Notes under the pieces: generated by a model | The model's database searches: none | What the model saw: the letters and a program-made list of their open reading frames with translations, nothing else | Told to the model about the DNA's origin: nothing | Assembly (NCBI GenBank): GCA_964582485.1 | Contig: CAZOSI010000002.1 | Span: 1-63,153, forward strand | Direction: 5' to 3' | DNA length: 63,153 nucleotides | From: an uncultured Novosphingobium sp. | GTDB taxonomy: Bacteria > Pseudomonadota > Alphaproteobacteria > Sphingomonadales > Sphingomonadaceae | Made by a program: the position numbers and the translations under genes | Shown here: one piece after another, positions 38,037 to 47,959 of the stretch | How positions within the stretch are numbered: the stretch's first letter is position 1 | Layout: the number at the start of each line of letters is the position of its first letter

Positions 38037-39554
38037 ATGTCCGATCGCGCCGCCGCCTTAGCCGCTCTTCAGCGGGTCCCACTGAATGATAGCCTTGCCT
38101 TGCTTCGGGCCGCGTCGGAGGCGCTCAAGCACGGCCTCGCCGATGCGGCCGAGCCTTTGCTTGCCGCTGCAACCGAACGGCAAGCCGGGGATGCCCGCCT
38201 GTGGCAGTTTCTGGGACTGGCCCGCCGAGATCGCCAAGACAGCGCCGGTGCCTACGCCGCCTTTGCCCGCGCAGCCGCCCTTGCCCCAGCCGATCCGCTG
38301 ATCGCGCACAGCCAGGCCCGGACCGCTTTCGAGGCCGGCTATCTGGCGCTCCCGCTGTTCAACCGTGCCCGTCAACTCGCGCCCGGCGATGGTGCGATTG
38401 CGCTGGGCCGGGCAGCCGCCATGTTTGCCGAAGGCGAAGGCGCAACTGCATGCGAACAGCTGGCCCATCTCCTAAAGAACAGCCCCGGCTGGATTGACGG
38501 GCATCTCGCCTATGCCAGGCTCAGTGCCCAGGTGCGGCCGGGCGAACCCATCGACGCAACCCTGCGCCAGGCCCTGCTCCAGCACCAGCAGGCCGGTGCG
38601 ATCTGGCAAGCGCTGTTCCGGGTATTGATGGAAGCGCGCGATTACCAAACTGCACTGGAAACTGTTGCCGAAGCACGGCAGTCGCTTGGCCCTGACCTTG
38701 AACTGGACCGGATCGAGGCTGCCTGTCTGACCGAACTTGGCGAAGCTGCCCGCGCTCAAATCCTGTTCGATAACCTGCCATTTCCTGATGATGGTGAGAT
38801 GGCCTGCTGGCCGATCCGCAACTACATTCGCCTCGGACGCATGGAAGCGGCGCAGCTGCTGGCTGAGCAAGCCTTCGATGGGCGCAACGAAAGGGCGGTC
38901 TGGCCCTATCGTGCGCTGCTGTGGAGGCTGTCCGGCGATCCGCGCTGGCAATGGCTGGAAGGCGACGAGCGGATGATCTGCACTTTTGACCTCACGTCCG
39001 AAATTGGCCCGATCGATCAACTGGCAGAGGTCTTGCGCGGACTCCACGCGGCCAAGGGTCAGCCGCTCGATCAATCGGTGCGTGGTGGAACCCAGACCGA
39101 TGGCAATCTGCTGGCCCAGGCCGAACCCGAAATCCGCCGGCTGCGCACCGCACTGCTGGAAGCCGTGCGCAGCTATGTCGAGCAGCTCCCGCCGCCCGAT
39201 CCGGCGCATCCGCTGCTCGTCACGCAACGGGATGCGCTGAACGTTGCCGGCGCATGGTCCGTACGGCTGACCGACAAGGGGTTCCACGCCGACCATGTCC
39301 ATTGGCAAGGGTGGATCAGCTCAGCCTTTTATGTGGTGGTCCCCCAGCCCGACCCACTCGAGCCGGAAGGCGGCTGGCTGGCGTTCGGCGAATGCCGCGA
39401 TTTACTGCCGGACTTTGCAGCATTTCGCATGGTTGAGCCAAAGCCAGGAAAACTAGCCCTGTTTCCCTCTACGCTGTGGCATGGCACGCGTCCCTTTGGT
39501 AGCGGAGAGCGTATGACAGTCGCTTACGATATCGCCCGGCCGCAGCAAGACTGA
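38037..39554 (+). CDS. TPR-domain putative 2OG-Fe(II) oxygenase
   Basis: N-terminal TPR-like helices; QSVRGGTQT, WSVRL..GFHADHVH.GWISSAFY, LFPSTLWHGT.PF..ERMTVAYD. Confidence 0.85.
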   Translation: MSDRAAALAALQRVPLNDSLALLRAASEALKHGLADAAEPLLAAATERQAGDARLWQFLGLARRDRQDSAGAYAAFARAAALAPADPLIAHSQARTAFEAGYLALPLFNRARQLAPGDGAIALGRAAAMFAEGEGATACEQLAHLLKNSPGWIDGHLAYARLSAQVRPGEPIDATLRQALLQHQQAGAIWQALFRVLMEARDYQTALETVAEARQSLGPDLELDRIEAACLTELGEAARAQILFDNLPFPDDGEMACWPIRNYIRLGRMEAAQLLAEQAFDGRNERAVWPYRALLWRLSGDPRWQWLEGDERMICTFDLTSEIGPIDQLAEVLRGLHAAKGQPLDQSVRGGTQTDGNLLAQAEPEIRRLRTALLEAVRSYVEQLPPPDPAHPLLVTQRDALNVAGAWSVRLTDKGFHADHVHWQGWISSAFYVVVPQPDPLEPEGGWLAFGECRDLLPDFAAFRMVEPKPGKLALFPSTLWHGTRPFGSGERMTVAYDIARPQQD

Positions 39555-41410
39555 TGGATCCGGTTCAAGCCATCCGCGCCGCCGCAGACGCGCTGCGCCA
39601 GCGTCAGTTCGCCGCCGCCCTTGCTGCCGCGCAGAAGGGGCTTGAGGCAGCGCCCGAGAATCCGGCACTGCTCGGCACCACCGCACTGGCGCTGCTCCAG
39701 CTTGATCGCAAGATCGAAGCCATTCCCTATCTGCGCCAACAGATTGCCGTCGCGCCCACAGACATGGCTGCGCGTTTCAACCTGTCGACTGTGCTGACAG
39801 CCACTGGGCAGGTTGACGAGGCAAAGGCGCTGGCGTTTGACCATCGCGGGCATCCCGGCCTTGCACGCTTGGCCGGATATTTCCACCAGCAGGACGATGC
39901 GACCGGCGATGCGATCGCGTCTTATCGAATTGCTCTCGCCGCAGTCCCGCAGGATTGGGAAAGCTGGAACAACCTGGGCAATTGCCTCAACCGAATCGGC
40001 GACCGCGACGGCGCCGTCATTGCTTTCGAAAACGCCGTTAATCGCTCGCCCTATCCCAGCTTGCCCGAGGTCTTTCTGAACCTCAGCCAAGCGCTCGGCG
40101 CGGTCAACCAGCGCGATGCACGTCTGCGCAACGCTGAAGAAGCGGTGCGCCGGTTCCCGGATCACCATCCGGTGCTGGTGGAACTCGGCCTGGCCCAGGC
40201 CGCCGCCGGGAACCGCGATTCGGCCGAGCAGACTTTGCGCCGTGCGGCGGCGGCCGAAGATCATTTCGGGGAGGCCCGGCTGGAACTTGGGCTGCTGCTC
40301 GAAAACGACAATCGGCTCGACGAACTCGATGCGCACATTGCCGAATGCGAAACGCTTGATCCGCGTCCCGAGCTGTCGTTCCTCAAGGCCTGGAGCCTGC
40401 GACGCCGCGAACGGTTCGAAGAGGCCGAGCGCGAAGCCGCACGCATACCCGACACGATCAACCCGATTCGAACCGCCCAGGTCCGCGCCGAAATCGCCGA
40501 ACGGCTCGGCCGCAGCGACGAGGCCTTTGCCCAGTTCGAAGCAATGAACCAGGCTTCACAGATCGCGCACCCGGCCGAGCCCGGGCCCACGTTCCGTGAA
40601 ACGATTGAAAGCCAGACCGCCGAAATGGCCGGACCGCTTGCCGAGGTGCGGCCTGAACCTGGCGCGCCGCAAGATCCGGCCTTCATCGTCGGCTCACCGC
40701 GATCTGGCACCACGCTGCTCGATACACTGCTAACCGCCCTGCCCGAGCTTCAGGTGTTCGAGGAACAGCCGACGCTCGCCACGGTCGAGCACGAATTCCC
40801 CGGCCTGGCGATCGAGGCCGATCCGGCCCGGATCCAGGCCGCGCGCCGCCGCTATTTCACCCTTGCAACTGAGCTTCAGGGCGATGCCGCCGGACGCCGA
40901 ATCGTCGACAAGATGCCCTTGCACATGACGCATATGCCGGTGATCAACCGCTTGTTCCCGGATGCCGCGATCGTGCTGGTCGAACGACATCCTTGCGACG
41001 CCGTCTTGAGCTGCTTCATGGCCAATTTCGCGCCCAATTTTGCCATGCAAAGCTATACAGATCTGGGCGAAGCCGCGCGGACCTATGCCGCGATCTTCAG
41101 CAATTTCGAACGCGCCGAAGCGCTGCTCGGGCTGAAGCCGCAGCGGGTCCGATACGAACGGATGATTGCCGATCTCGAAGCTGAAATGCGCACCTTGCTG
41201 ATCTTCCTGGGGCTGTCATGGCGCGATGAAGTGCTGGACAACCAGGCCAGTGCGGCCCGGCGCGGGGCGGTGCGCACCGCCTCCTACGCCCAGATCGGGC
41301 AGCCGCTATACCAGCGCGCAGTAGGACGCTGGGAGCGCTATCGCCAAAAGCTGGAGCCGGTCATGCCGGTGCTCCAGCCATGGATTGAAAAACTCGGTTA
41401 CGAGCCCTGA
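39554..41410 (+). CDS. TPR-domain PAPS-dependent sulfotransferase
   Basis: TPRs (WNNLGN), 5'-PSB GSPRSGTTLL, IVDKMP, 3'-PB RHPCDAVLSC, VRYE, RTASYAQI; TGATG coupling to the oxygenase gene. Confidence 0.9.
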   Translation: MDPVQAIRAAADALRQRQFAAALAAAQKGLEAAPENPALLGTTALALLQLDRKIEAIPYLRQQIAVAPTDMAARFNLSTVLTATGQVDEAKALAFDHRGHPGLARLAGYFHQQDDATGDAIASYRIALAAVPQDWESWNNLGNCLNRIGDRDGAVIAFENAVNRSPYPSLPEVFLNLSQALGAVNQRDARLRNAEEAVRRFPDHHPVLVELGLAQAAAGNRDSAEQTLRRAAAAEDHFGEARLELGLLLENDNRLDELDAHIAECETLDPRPELSFLKAWSLRRRERFEEAEREAARIPDTINPIRTAQVRAEIAERLGRSDEAFAQFEAMNQASQIAHPAEPGPTFRETIESQTAEMAGPLAEVRPEPGAPQDPAFIVGSPRSGTTLLDTLLTALPELQVFEEQPTLATVEHEFPGLAIEADPARIQAARRRYFTLATELQGDAAGRRIVDKMPLHMTHMPVINRLFPDAAIVLVERHPCDAVLSCFMANFAPNFAMQSYTDLGEAARTYAAIFSNFERAEALLGLKPQRVRYERMIADLEAEMRTLLIFLGLSWRDEVLDNQASAARRGAVRTASYAQIGQPLYQRAVGRWERYRQKLEPVMPVLQPWIEKLGYEP

Positions 41411-41414
41411 GAAG

Positions 41415-41681
41415 TCAGTCGCTTTTCCAGCGCTGGGTCTGGCTGCGTTCCAGATCCTGGCGATTCGCCGCAGCTTCAGCATCCCACTGGGCCTTGGTGC
41501 GGCAGACTTTCTTCGAGCCGAGCCGCGTGCCGATCGCTTCGACCCGGCGGCAAACCATCTTGTTGTTGTCACCCACGTCCGCTTGAGCCGAAGCCGTAGC
41601 TGGTTCAGACGATTTCGCGGCAGCCGGGGCGGCCAACACCATCAGCGCAAGAGCGCCGACTGCAATCAATGACTTGGTCAT
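41415..41681 (-). CDS. Small secreted two-Cys protein
   Basis: Signal peptide, then VCRRVEAIGTRLGSKKVCRTKAQW; AAGGA RBS. Confidence 0.75.
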   Translation of the reverse strand: MTKSLIAVGALALMVLAAPAAAKSSEPATASAQADVGDNNKMVCRRVEAIGTRLGSKKVCRTKAQWDAEAAANRQDLERSQTQRWKSD

Positions 41682-41818
41682 GGAGTCAAATTCCTTGTTG
41701 CCATCCGCAACTGTGCAGCTGCGAAGCTGAACCGGGAATTACCCGCCAATCACTTCTGGATCAATCAGTCTTGGTTTGATCACTTGCAATTGGCTCCAGA
41801 GCGGCACATTCCGGGGCA

Positions 41819-42985
41819 ATGACGGCGTCATATCCCGAATTAGCCCAGCGCATTTCCGCCGCTGACCGCGCCCTGGCTGCGCGCAATCCAGCTGAAGCGC
41901 GCGCAATTCTCGAAGCGGCGGCTCTTTCCGATCCCCAGGATCCGGCTTTCTGGCAGCGGCTGGCCACCATCCGCCAGGTTTCGGGTGCGCCGGTCAAGGC
42001 GATCGAGGCGATCGACCGGGCGCTGAGCTTTGCTCCGCTTGATTTCGTCAACTTGCTGATGCGCGCCCGGATGCTTGACCAGGCGGGCCATCCCGGGGCC
42101 GGAGAAGCCTATGGCCGCGCTCTCGCGCAGACGCGCCCCGATCCGCTGCCCACAACGTTTGGTCCGGCAATCGAACGGGCCAAGGCGGCTTGGGCCCTGC
42201 ACCAGAGCGAGCTTGAAGCAAGGCTCAACGCAGCGGTTGAGGCAAGCGGGGCCGATCTTACGCCCCACGAGCGCCGCCGCACTGCTCGCCTTGCCAGCAA
42301 TGTCACCCGGCGAACCCGGATCTATCACTCTGAGCCAACGCATTTCCACTATCCCGGTCTGCGCGAAGCCGAGTTTCATGACCGTGCCTTGTTCCCGTGG
42401 CTGGCCGATCTTGAAGGGCTGACCGAAGTGATTCGCGCGGAAATGGACCAGGTTGCGAACGCGGATCAAGCGGTCCTCGTGCCATATGTGCAGTATGGGG
42501 TGGGTGAGCCGCTGGCACAGTGGCAGGCGCTTAATCACAGCCGTGACTGGACCGCGATCCACCTGATTCAGCGCGGAGAGACAATCGGACCCAATGCAGC
42601 GCTTTGCCCGCGCACAATGGAATTTCTCGGCGGCATGGCGCAGCCCTGGATTATAGGGTGCGGTGCCAACGCGATGTTCTCGTTGCTCGCACCGCGCACC
42701 GCGATCCCGCCGCATGTTGGTGTGGCCAATTTCCGATTGGTATGCCACCTGCCGCTGATCATTCCGGGCAAGTGCTGGTTCCGGGTGGGCGAGGCTGTCC
42801 ATGACTGGGAGCTTGGCCAAGGCTGGGTGTTTGACGACACGATTGAGCATGAGGCGGTCAATGAAACCGATCAACTGCGCGTGATCATGATCTTCGATCT
42901 GTGGCATCCAGACCTGTCGCCGGCTGAGCGCACCGCGATTGCCGCTACCACCGGAGCCGCGGCCATGCCCGTAGGCGCGCTCTGA
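41819..42985 (+). CDS. TPR-domain aspartyl/asparaginyl beta-hydroxylase family protein
   Basis: CPRT, MFSLLAP.TAIPPHVG..FRLVCHLPL, FDDTIEHEAVN..RVIMIFDLWHP; N-terminal TPR-like region. Confidence 0.9.
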   Translation: MTASYPELAQRISAADRALAARNPAEARAILEAAALSDPQDPAFWQRLATIRQVSGAPVKAIEAIDRALSFAPLDFVNLLMRARMLDQAGHPGAGEAYGRALAQTRPDPLPTTFGPAIERAKAAWALHQSELEARLNAAVEASGADLTPHERRRTARLASNVTRRTRIYHSEPTHFHYPGLREAEFHDRALFPWLADLEGLTEVIRAEMDQVANADQAVLVPYVQYGVGEPLAQWQALNHSRDWTAIHLIQRGETIGPNAALCPRTMEFLGGMAQPWIIGCGANAMFSLLAPRTAIPPHVGVANFRLVCHLPLIIPGKCWFRVGEAVHDWELGQGWVFDDTIEHEAVNETDQLRVIMIFDLWHPDLSPAERTAIAATTGAAAMPVGAL

Positions 42986-42996
42986 TCGATCGGATC

Positions 42997-43995
42997 ATGC
43001 AGCGGCGCCTGCTTGCTGTGCTGATTGCGCTTGGCCTCGGCCTGGCAACCTGGTTGCGCAGCACGCCGCTGCCGCCTGATAATCGCCCGAATCTGGCACT
43101 GGAGCGGCTACCGCTCGCCCCAGGATGCTGCCTGATGGGGCCCTTGCGGCTCAAGGGGGCATGGCAGCTGTCCAGCCGCCATTCGGCCTTTGGCGGCTAT
43201 TCCGCCTTGCTGGTTCAGCCGCAGGGCAGGCTGCTTGCTTTCAGCGATCGCGGCTATTTCCTGGAATTCTCTAAGCCCGATGCTTTGGCCCATCCGCCGC
43301 GGTTTGGCGTGACGCTGACCGACCGGCGTCAGCTTAAAAATAACCGCGACGTCGAATCCGCCGCGCGCGATCCGGCAACGGGACAAGTCTGGCTGGCACT
43401 GGAAGGGCGCAATGCCATCGCGCGCCACGGTCCCAGGCTTGAGCGTGAGGCTTTTCGCGAGGAGCGCGACTGGAAGGGTTGGTCGAACAATGGTGGGGCC
43501 GAAGCGATGGTCCGTCTGTCCGATGGCCGTTTTGTGGTGCTGTGTGAATGCCGCAGCAGCTGGCTTGGCAAACGCCACCCTGCGTTTCTCTACGCCGGCG
43601 ACCCGGCCAGCGGAATCAAGGGCCAGGCTTTCAGTTTCGAAGGCGGTCAAGGTTACCGTCCGACCGACATGGCCGAGCTGCCCGATGGCCGGGTGCTGAT
43701 CCTCGCCCGGCGGCTGGTCTGGCCGATCCCGGCGCGTTTTGCGATAAAAGTGCTGATCGCCGATCCTGCCGCGATCCGGCCCGGCCAAGTCTGGCAAGCG
43801 GAAGAGCTGGGCGAGCTTTCCGGCGGCTGGCCGGTTGACAACTATGAAGGCCTGACGATCGAACGACAGGCCGACGGGAGGCTTGTGGCTTGGATACTAA
43901 GCGACGAGAACGGTGCGGCGAGCCAGCGGGTGCTGTTGCTCAAGGTGCTGATCGACGAGGCGCTTTTGCCCCAAAAGCAAAAGGCGCCCGGATAA
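42997..43995 (+). CDS. Esterase-like activity of phytase family protein
   Basis: FGGYSAL, FSDRG, DVES, NGGAEA, PTD, DNYEG and SDEN motifs. Confidence 0.78.
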   Translation: MQRRLLAVLIALGLGLATWLRSTPLPPDNRPNLALERLPLAPGCCLMGPLRLKGAWQLSSRHSAFGGYSALLVQPQGRLLAFSDRGYFLEFSKPDALAHPPRFGVTLTDRRQLKNNRDVESAARDPATGQVWLALEGRNAIARHGPRLEREAFREERDWKGWSNNGGAEAMVRLSDGRFVVLCECRSSWLGKRHPAFLYAGDPASGIKGQAFSFEGGQGYRPTDMAELPDGRVLILARRLVWPIPARFAIKVLIADPAAIRPGQVWQAEELGELSGGWPVDNYEGLTIERQADGRLVAWILSDENGAASQRVLLLKVLIDEALLPQKQKAPG

Positions 43996-44004
43996 CCGGA
44001 CGCC
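43979..44004 (-). terminator. rpmB terminator
   Basis: Minus strand GGCGTCCGG-TTAT-CCGGGCGCC-TTTT. Confidence 0.6.
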
Positions 44005-44034
44005 CCAGCATGGCAGATCAGAAAAAGCTGGAGA

Positions 44035-44322
44035 TCAGGCCGCGAGGGCCTTCTTCTTCAGCTCACGCTTGACCTTCTGAGCGCTGGTCGAAAGCTTCTC
44101 ATCCGAGGTCTTGAGCAGCCAGTTGTCCAGCCCGCCGACGTGTTCGACCGAGCGCAGCCCCTGGGTCGAAACGCGGAACTTGAAGCTGCGGTCCAGCCCG
44201 TCAGACATCAGCGTGACGTTCTGCAGATTGGGCAGGAACACGCGCTTGGTCTTGTTGTTGGCGTGGCTGACGTTGTGGCCGACCTGGCGGCCCTTGCCGG
44301 TCAGTTCGCAAATACGGGACAT
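44035..44322 (-). CDS. rpmB: 50S ribosomal protein L28
   Basis: [30 protein letters not shown]. Confidence 0.97.
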   Translation of the reverse strand: MSRICELTGKGRQVGHNVSHANNKTKRVFLPNLQNVTLMSDGLDRSFKFRVSTQGLRSVEHVGGLDNWLLKTSDEKLSTSAQKVKRELKKKALAA

Positions 44323-44582
44323 GGCTTTACTCGCTAAAAAACTGGACGCCCAAGATGGGAGAAGGCGCGCCCATACCGATTCACCCTTGCGGGGTCAAGG
44401 TATTGCTTGGTTTGGTGCGCCAATCGCCTCCGCGATTGGCTGACAACACCGGCCCGCTCCCTCTGCCCGGCCACCCGCTGATGGCGCCCTAAGGGTGGCC
44501 GGGCAGGGGGAGCGGGCCGGTGTTGCAAAGGCAAGGACGGATGTCCTTGCCGCACCAAGACAAAGACTCTAGCCCTCTGGAA

Positions 44583-45044
44583 ATGAGCCGCTGGCCCCTT
44601 CCCGAACCGATGCGAATCGCGCTTGATCAAGCGCGGAGCGGCGAATCTTCCGGGGAAGTGCCGATCGGTGCGGTGATCGTCAAGGACGGGGTCGTTATCG
44701 CCACCTCTCACAACGCCCCGCGGACCCTGCAGGATCCGACCGCTCACGCTGAGCTTCTGGCGATTCGCCACGCCGCCACCGTGCTGGGCAACGAACGGCT
44801 CGATGGCTGTGAGCTGTGGGTTACGCTGGAACCCTGCGCGATGTGCGCCGGGGCAATTGCCCATGCCCGCATCGCCCGGCTCTATTACGCTGCGCCAGAT
44901 CCCAAAGGCGGCGCGGTCGAACATGGGGCGCGAGTGTTCGAGCACGAACAGAGCCTGCACAAGCCCGAGGTCTATTCGGGCATGGGCGCCGAAGAGGCTG
45001 CCGCCTTGCTAAGGGCGTTCTTCGCCAAACTGCGTGGACCCTGA
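44583..45044 (+). CDS. tadA: tRNA adenosine deaminase
   Basis: GEVPIGAV, DPTAHAE, TLEPCAMCAGA, DPKGGA. Confidence 0.88.
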   Translation: MSRWPLPEPMRIALDQARSGESSGEVPIGAVIVKDGVVIATSHNAPRTLQDPTAHAELLAIRHAATVLGNERLDGCELWVTLEPCAMCAGAIAHARIARLYYAAPDPKGGAVEHGARVFEHEQSLHKPEVYSGMGAEEAAALLRAFFAKLRGP

Positions 45045-45051
45045 GCGGCCG

Positions 45052-45774
45052 TTAAAGCCCGCGCCAGATCTGCAAAGGCACGTCGTTCTTCGGCCCTAAA
45101 GCGCGCGGCTCGCAGGCGGTGGGCTTGAACTTGCGATCATAGCAAAGCTGCATTTCGCGCAGCCAGCCGCCGTTGCTGGTCCGCAGGCCAATCGAGGATA
45201 GCGGAAACCCGGGATTGAGCGCCACAAAGGCCCGGCGCAAATCGCCCGCGGTGAGGGCTGGCTGGCGCGAAAGCTTGTCGGCATCGGGCAGGCGAACCGA
45301 TTTCCAAAGGATCGAGGAGACTTTGAAATAGCCGGCCGGACTCTTCGCCATGCAGCTGCCGTGTTTGGCCCATTCGTGTTCGAGCAGCCAGGGCACCGGG
45401 GTCATGCACAGGTTGGCCTTGAGCTCGGCCTCGGTCGGGCGCGGGGTCACGCTGCACCACTGTGGATACTTGCCCTGCCCGCTTTCCGGCCAGAGCCCGT
45501 GCAGCACGAAGCCGAACCGGCCGATGCTGCCGTTGCATTGCAGGTTGGCCGGGTCCTTGGCGGCCTTGCCGCCCCGGCAGAACTCGGGCGACCAGCTGAT
45601 CGCCAGGGTATAGCCGCGAATCGGAGACATTCGCCGCGGGCCATCGGGTTGCGGCGGCTGAGGCATTTCGATGCGCTGCGGGGCGCGGCACTGATAGGCC
45701 TGCGCGAGGGCGGGGGTGGGGAGCAGGGCCGCCAGGCCCGGTAGGATGATAGCCCGCACGCTAGCTGAAGACAT
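45052..45774 (-). CDS. Ribonuclease T2 family (secreted)
   Basis: SWSPEFC, FVLHGLWP, EHEWAKHGSC. Confidence 0.92.
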   Translation of the reverse strand: MSSASVRAIILPGLAALLPTPALAQAYQCRAPQRIEMPQPPQPDGPRRMSPIRGYTLAISWSPEFCRGGKAAKDPANLQCNGSIGRFGFVLHGLWPESGQGKYPQWCSVTPRPTEAELKANLCMTPVPWLLEHEWAKHGSCMAKSPAGYFKVSSILWKSVRLPDADKLSRQPALTAGDLRRAFVALNPGFPLSSIGLRTSNGGWLREMQLCYDRKFKPTACEPRALGPKNDVPLQIWRGL

Positions 45775-46198
45775 CCGGCTCGGTGCCGGCCTTGCCCTTG
45801 CTTACGAGCCAAGCCTTGGCATCGGGGCGGAACAGGTAATATACTGCATAAAGCTGCAGCCCAAATGTCGCGAGGCTCATCCCGAAATAGAGAATCCCCC
45901 GATCCAGCATCATCGAGAGCGATGGCAGGATCCCGAGCAGCCCCAGCCCGGTCAGCACCACCACCAACCACTTCGCCACGTTGCTGGCCTTGCGTGCGAC
46001 GAGATACCAGAGCAACAGCGGGATACCGAAGCCGAACGCCAGGGTCGAAAGGACGAAACCAGCCCCAAACTGTGCGGTGGCCGGATCGTCCGCCAGCATC
46101 TTCACATTGGCATCATAGCTGACCACGGCGTTGACCAGACCGATCCCCAGCGACAAGAGAAAATAACGATCGAATTTGACGATGGAAGCCGGGCGCAT
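45761..46198 (-). CDS. Hypothetical membrane protein
   Basis: Four hydrophobic segments, RKASNVAKW, FRPDAKAW; GAGGGG RBS. Confidence 0.72.
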   Translation of the reverse strand: MRPASIVKFDRYFLLSLGIGLVNAVVSYDANVKMLADDPATAQFGAGFVLSTLAFGFGIPLLLWYLVARKASNVAKWLVVVLTGLGLLGILPSLSMMLDRGILYFGMSLATFGLQLYAVYYLFRPDAKAWLVSKGKAGTEPDVFS

Positions 46199-46260
46199 GT
46201 GTTTCCCCTCGGGTGGCGGTGGCAAATACTGGCGCAATTCCTACTTCAGCGCAAATGCTT

Positions 46261-47121
46261 CTATAAAGGGGTAAAATCCAGCCCAACGTCGGCGGCGGGG
46301 GCGCTTTGGGTCAGGCGGCCGACCGAAACGTAGGTCACCCCGGTCGCGGCGATCGCGGCGATCGTGTCGAGCCGGACCCCGCCCGAGGCTTCGCACGGCA
46401 CGCGCTCGGCGATCAGAGCTACAGCTTCCTTCAGTTCGGCGACACTCATGTTGTCGAGCAGCACGTGGCTGGCCCCGGCGGCGATGGCGGGTTCGATCTG
46501 GTCGATCCGGTCCACTTCGCAGATGATATCCTTCACCCCGGCCTCGCGCGCACGGCGCACCGCTTCGGCCACACCGCCAGCGACCAGCACGTGGTTGTCC
46601 TTGATCATGGCCGCGTCCCACAGACCCATGCGGTGGTTCTTCGCGCCGCCCATCCGCGTGGCGTACTTCTCGAGGTGGCGCAGCCCGGGGATTGTCTTGC
46701 GGGTATCGAGCAGGGTGGCATGGCCAGCCATGGCATCGACGTAGCTGCGGGCCATCGTCGCGATGCCCGAGAGGTGCTGGACCGTGTTGAGCGCCGAGCG
46801 TTCGGCAGTGAGCATCGCGCGGGCATTGCCCGACAGGCGCATCAGGTCGGATCCGGCAGGGACCTGTGCGCCCTCTTCCACCAGCACCTCGATCTCCATG
46901 CCGGGATCAAGCGTGCGAAAGAACGCGGCGGCGATCGGCAGTCCGGCGACAACGATCGGATCACGGCTGTCCATCACGCCAGAAAACCGCGCATCAGCCG
47001 GGATCACGCTCTCGCTGGTCACATCATGCCCGCCGCCGGGCAGGCCAAGGCCCAGGTCCTCATCCAGCGTAGCGCGGACGAACTGGGCGAGGTGAAAGCC
47101 GGGGAGGGTGAACGCAGTCAT
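46261..47121 (-). CDS. nadC: Quinolinate phosphoribosyltransferase
   Basis: AERSALN, LDTRKTIPG, NHRMGL, IKDNH, LLDNM, EASGG. Confidence 0.96.
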   Translation of the reverse strand: MTAFTLPGFHLAQFVRATLDEDLGLGLPGGGHDVTSESVIPADARFSGVMDSRDPIVVAGLPIAAAFFRTLDPGMEIEVLVEEGAQVPAGSDLMRLSGNARAMLTAERSALNTVQHLSGIATMARSYVDAMAGHATLLDTRKTIPGLRHLEKYATRMGGAKNHRMGLWDAAMIKDNHVLVAGGVAEAVRRAREAGVKDIICEVDRIDQIEPAIAAGASHVLLDNMSVAELKEAVALIAERVPCEASGGVRLDTIAAIAATGVTYVSVGRLTQSAPAADVGLDFTPL

Positions 47122-47289
47122 GCCAGCGTCATCGCAAAGACCGCGATCCATGTCGAGCACGGTCCGCTCTTAACAATAGCCAGTGCACCTTTTTTGAAAG
47201 GCTGGGTCTTGCTAACGATTTACCAACTGAATTCGATGGATGATCGCGCGGATTGGATATGCAAAACTCAGTGTCGTGAGAGATCGAGC

Positions 47290-47934
47290 ATGGGATTGGA
47301 CCTGGTTGTGGAAGGGCGGGCCAAGCCGGGGCATGAGCGGGAATGGCGCGAGCTCATTTCCCGCTCATTCGTCGACCCAGATAATCCCGGAGACAAGGCG
47401 CGCTTCGAGGCGATCTCGGTACCGGGCTACGCCGCCATTGGGGCTCCGCAGGTAGGCTCTGACCCCGTGGCCGATGCCTGGATTGCCAAGGCTCGCGGGG
47501 TCGGCACATCAGAGGAACGCGAGCGCCTGGTGGAAGAATTTCGCGGCTACCATGTACTCGCACTGATCGAGTGTGACGGCATCCCGCAATACACCCACGC
47601 CGGGCTGTACGAAGGTATCGACGAAACAAGCTTTCGCGGTGCATTTCTGATCGCTTGCGAAGACGTGCTCGATCAGGCGACAATCAGCGAGGCGTGGGAA
47701 CACCGCATGCCGGAGGAAGCCGAGGCATATGGCCGCAAGCTTCTGGAAGCGGTGGTTGCTGCCAGAGCGACCGGCCCGATCCCGCACAAGCGATCGTTGC
47801 TCGAGCGGATCGGGCTGGCCCGTCAGAACAGCCGGGCAGAGTCTTTCGACGAGCAATTATCGATTGTCGAAGCGGCCGGGCGCTGGTTTATCTTCTGGGG
47901 CGAGCGTGGGCACGCTATCCGCGCCTGGTTCTAG
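47290..47934 (+). CDS. Hypothetical protein
   Basis: MGLDLVV...FWGERGHAIRAWF; the longer ORF-track extension overlaps nadC and was trimmed. Confidence 0.68.
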   Translation: MGLDLVVEGRAKPGHEREWRELISRSFVDPDNPGDKARFEAISVPGYAAIGAPQVGSDPVADAWIAKARGVGTSEERERLVEEFRGYHVLALIECDGIPQYTHAGLYEGIDETSFRGAFLIACEDVLDQATISEAWEHRMPEEAEAYGRKLLEAVVAARATGPIPHKRSLLERIGLARQNSRAESFDEQLSIVEAAGRWFIFWGERGHAIRAWF

Positions 47935-47959
47935 GGTAAAAGGCCGAAGACCTTCTTTG

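Noticed and set aside
41415-41681. RaxX-like sulfotyrosine peptide precursor
   Set aside because: The protein has no Tyr and carries a Sec-type signal peptide.
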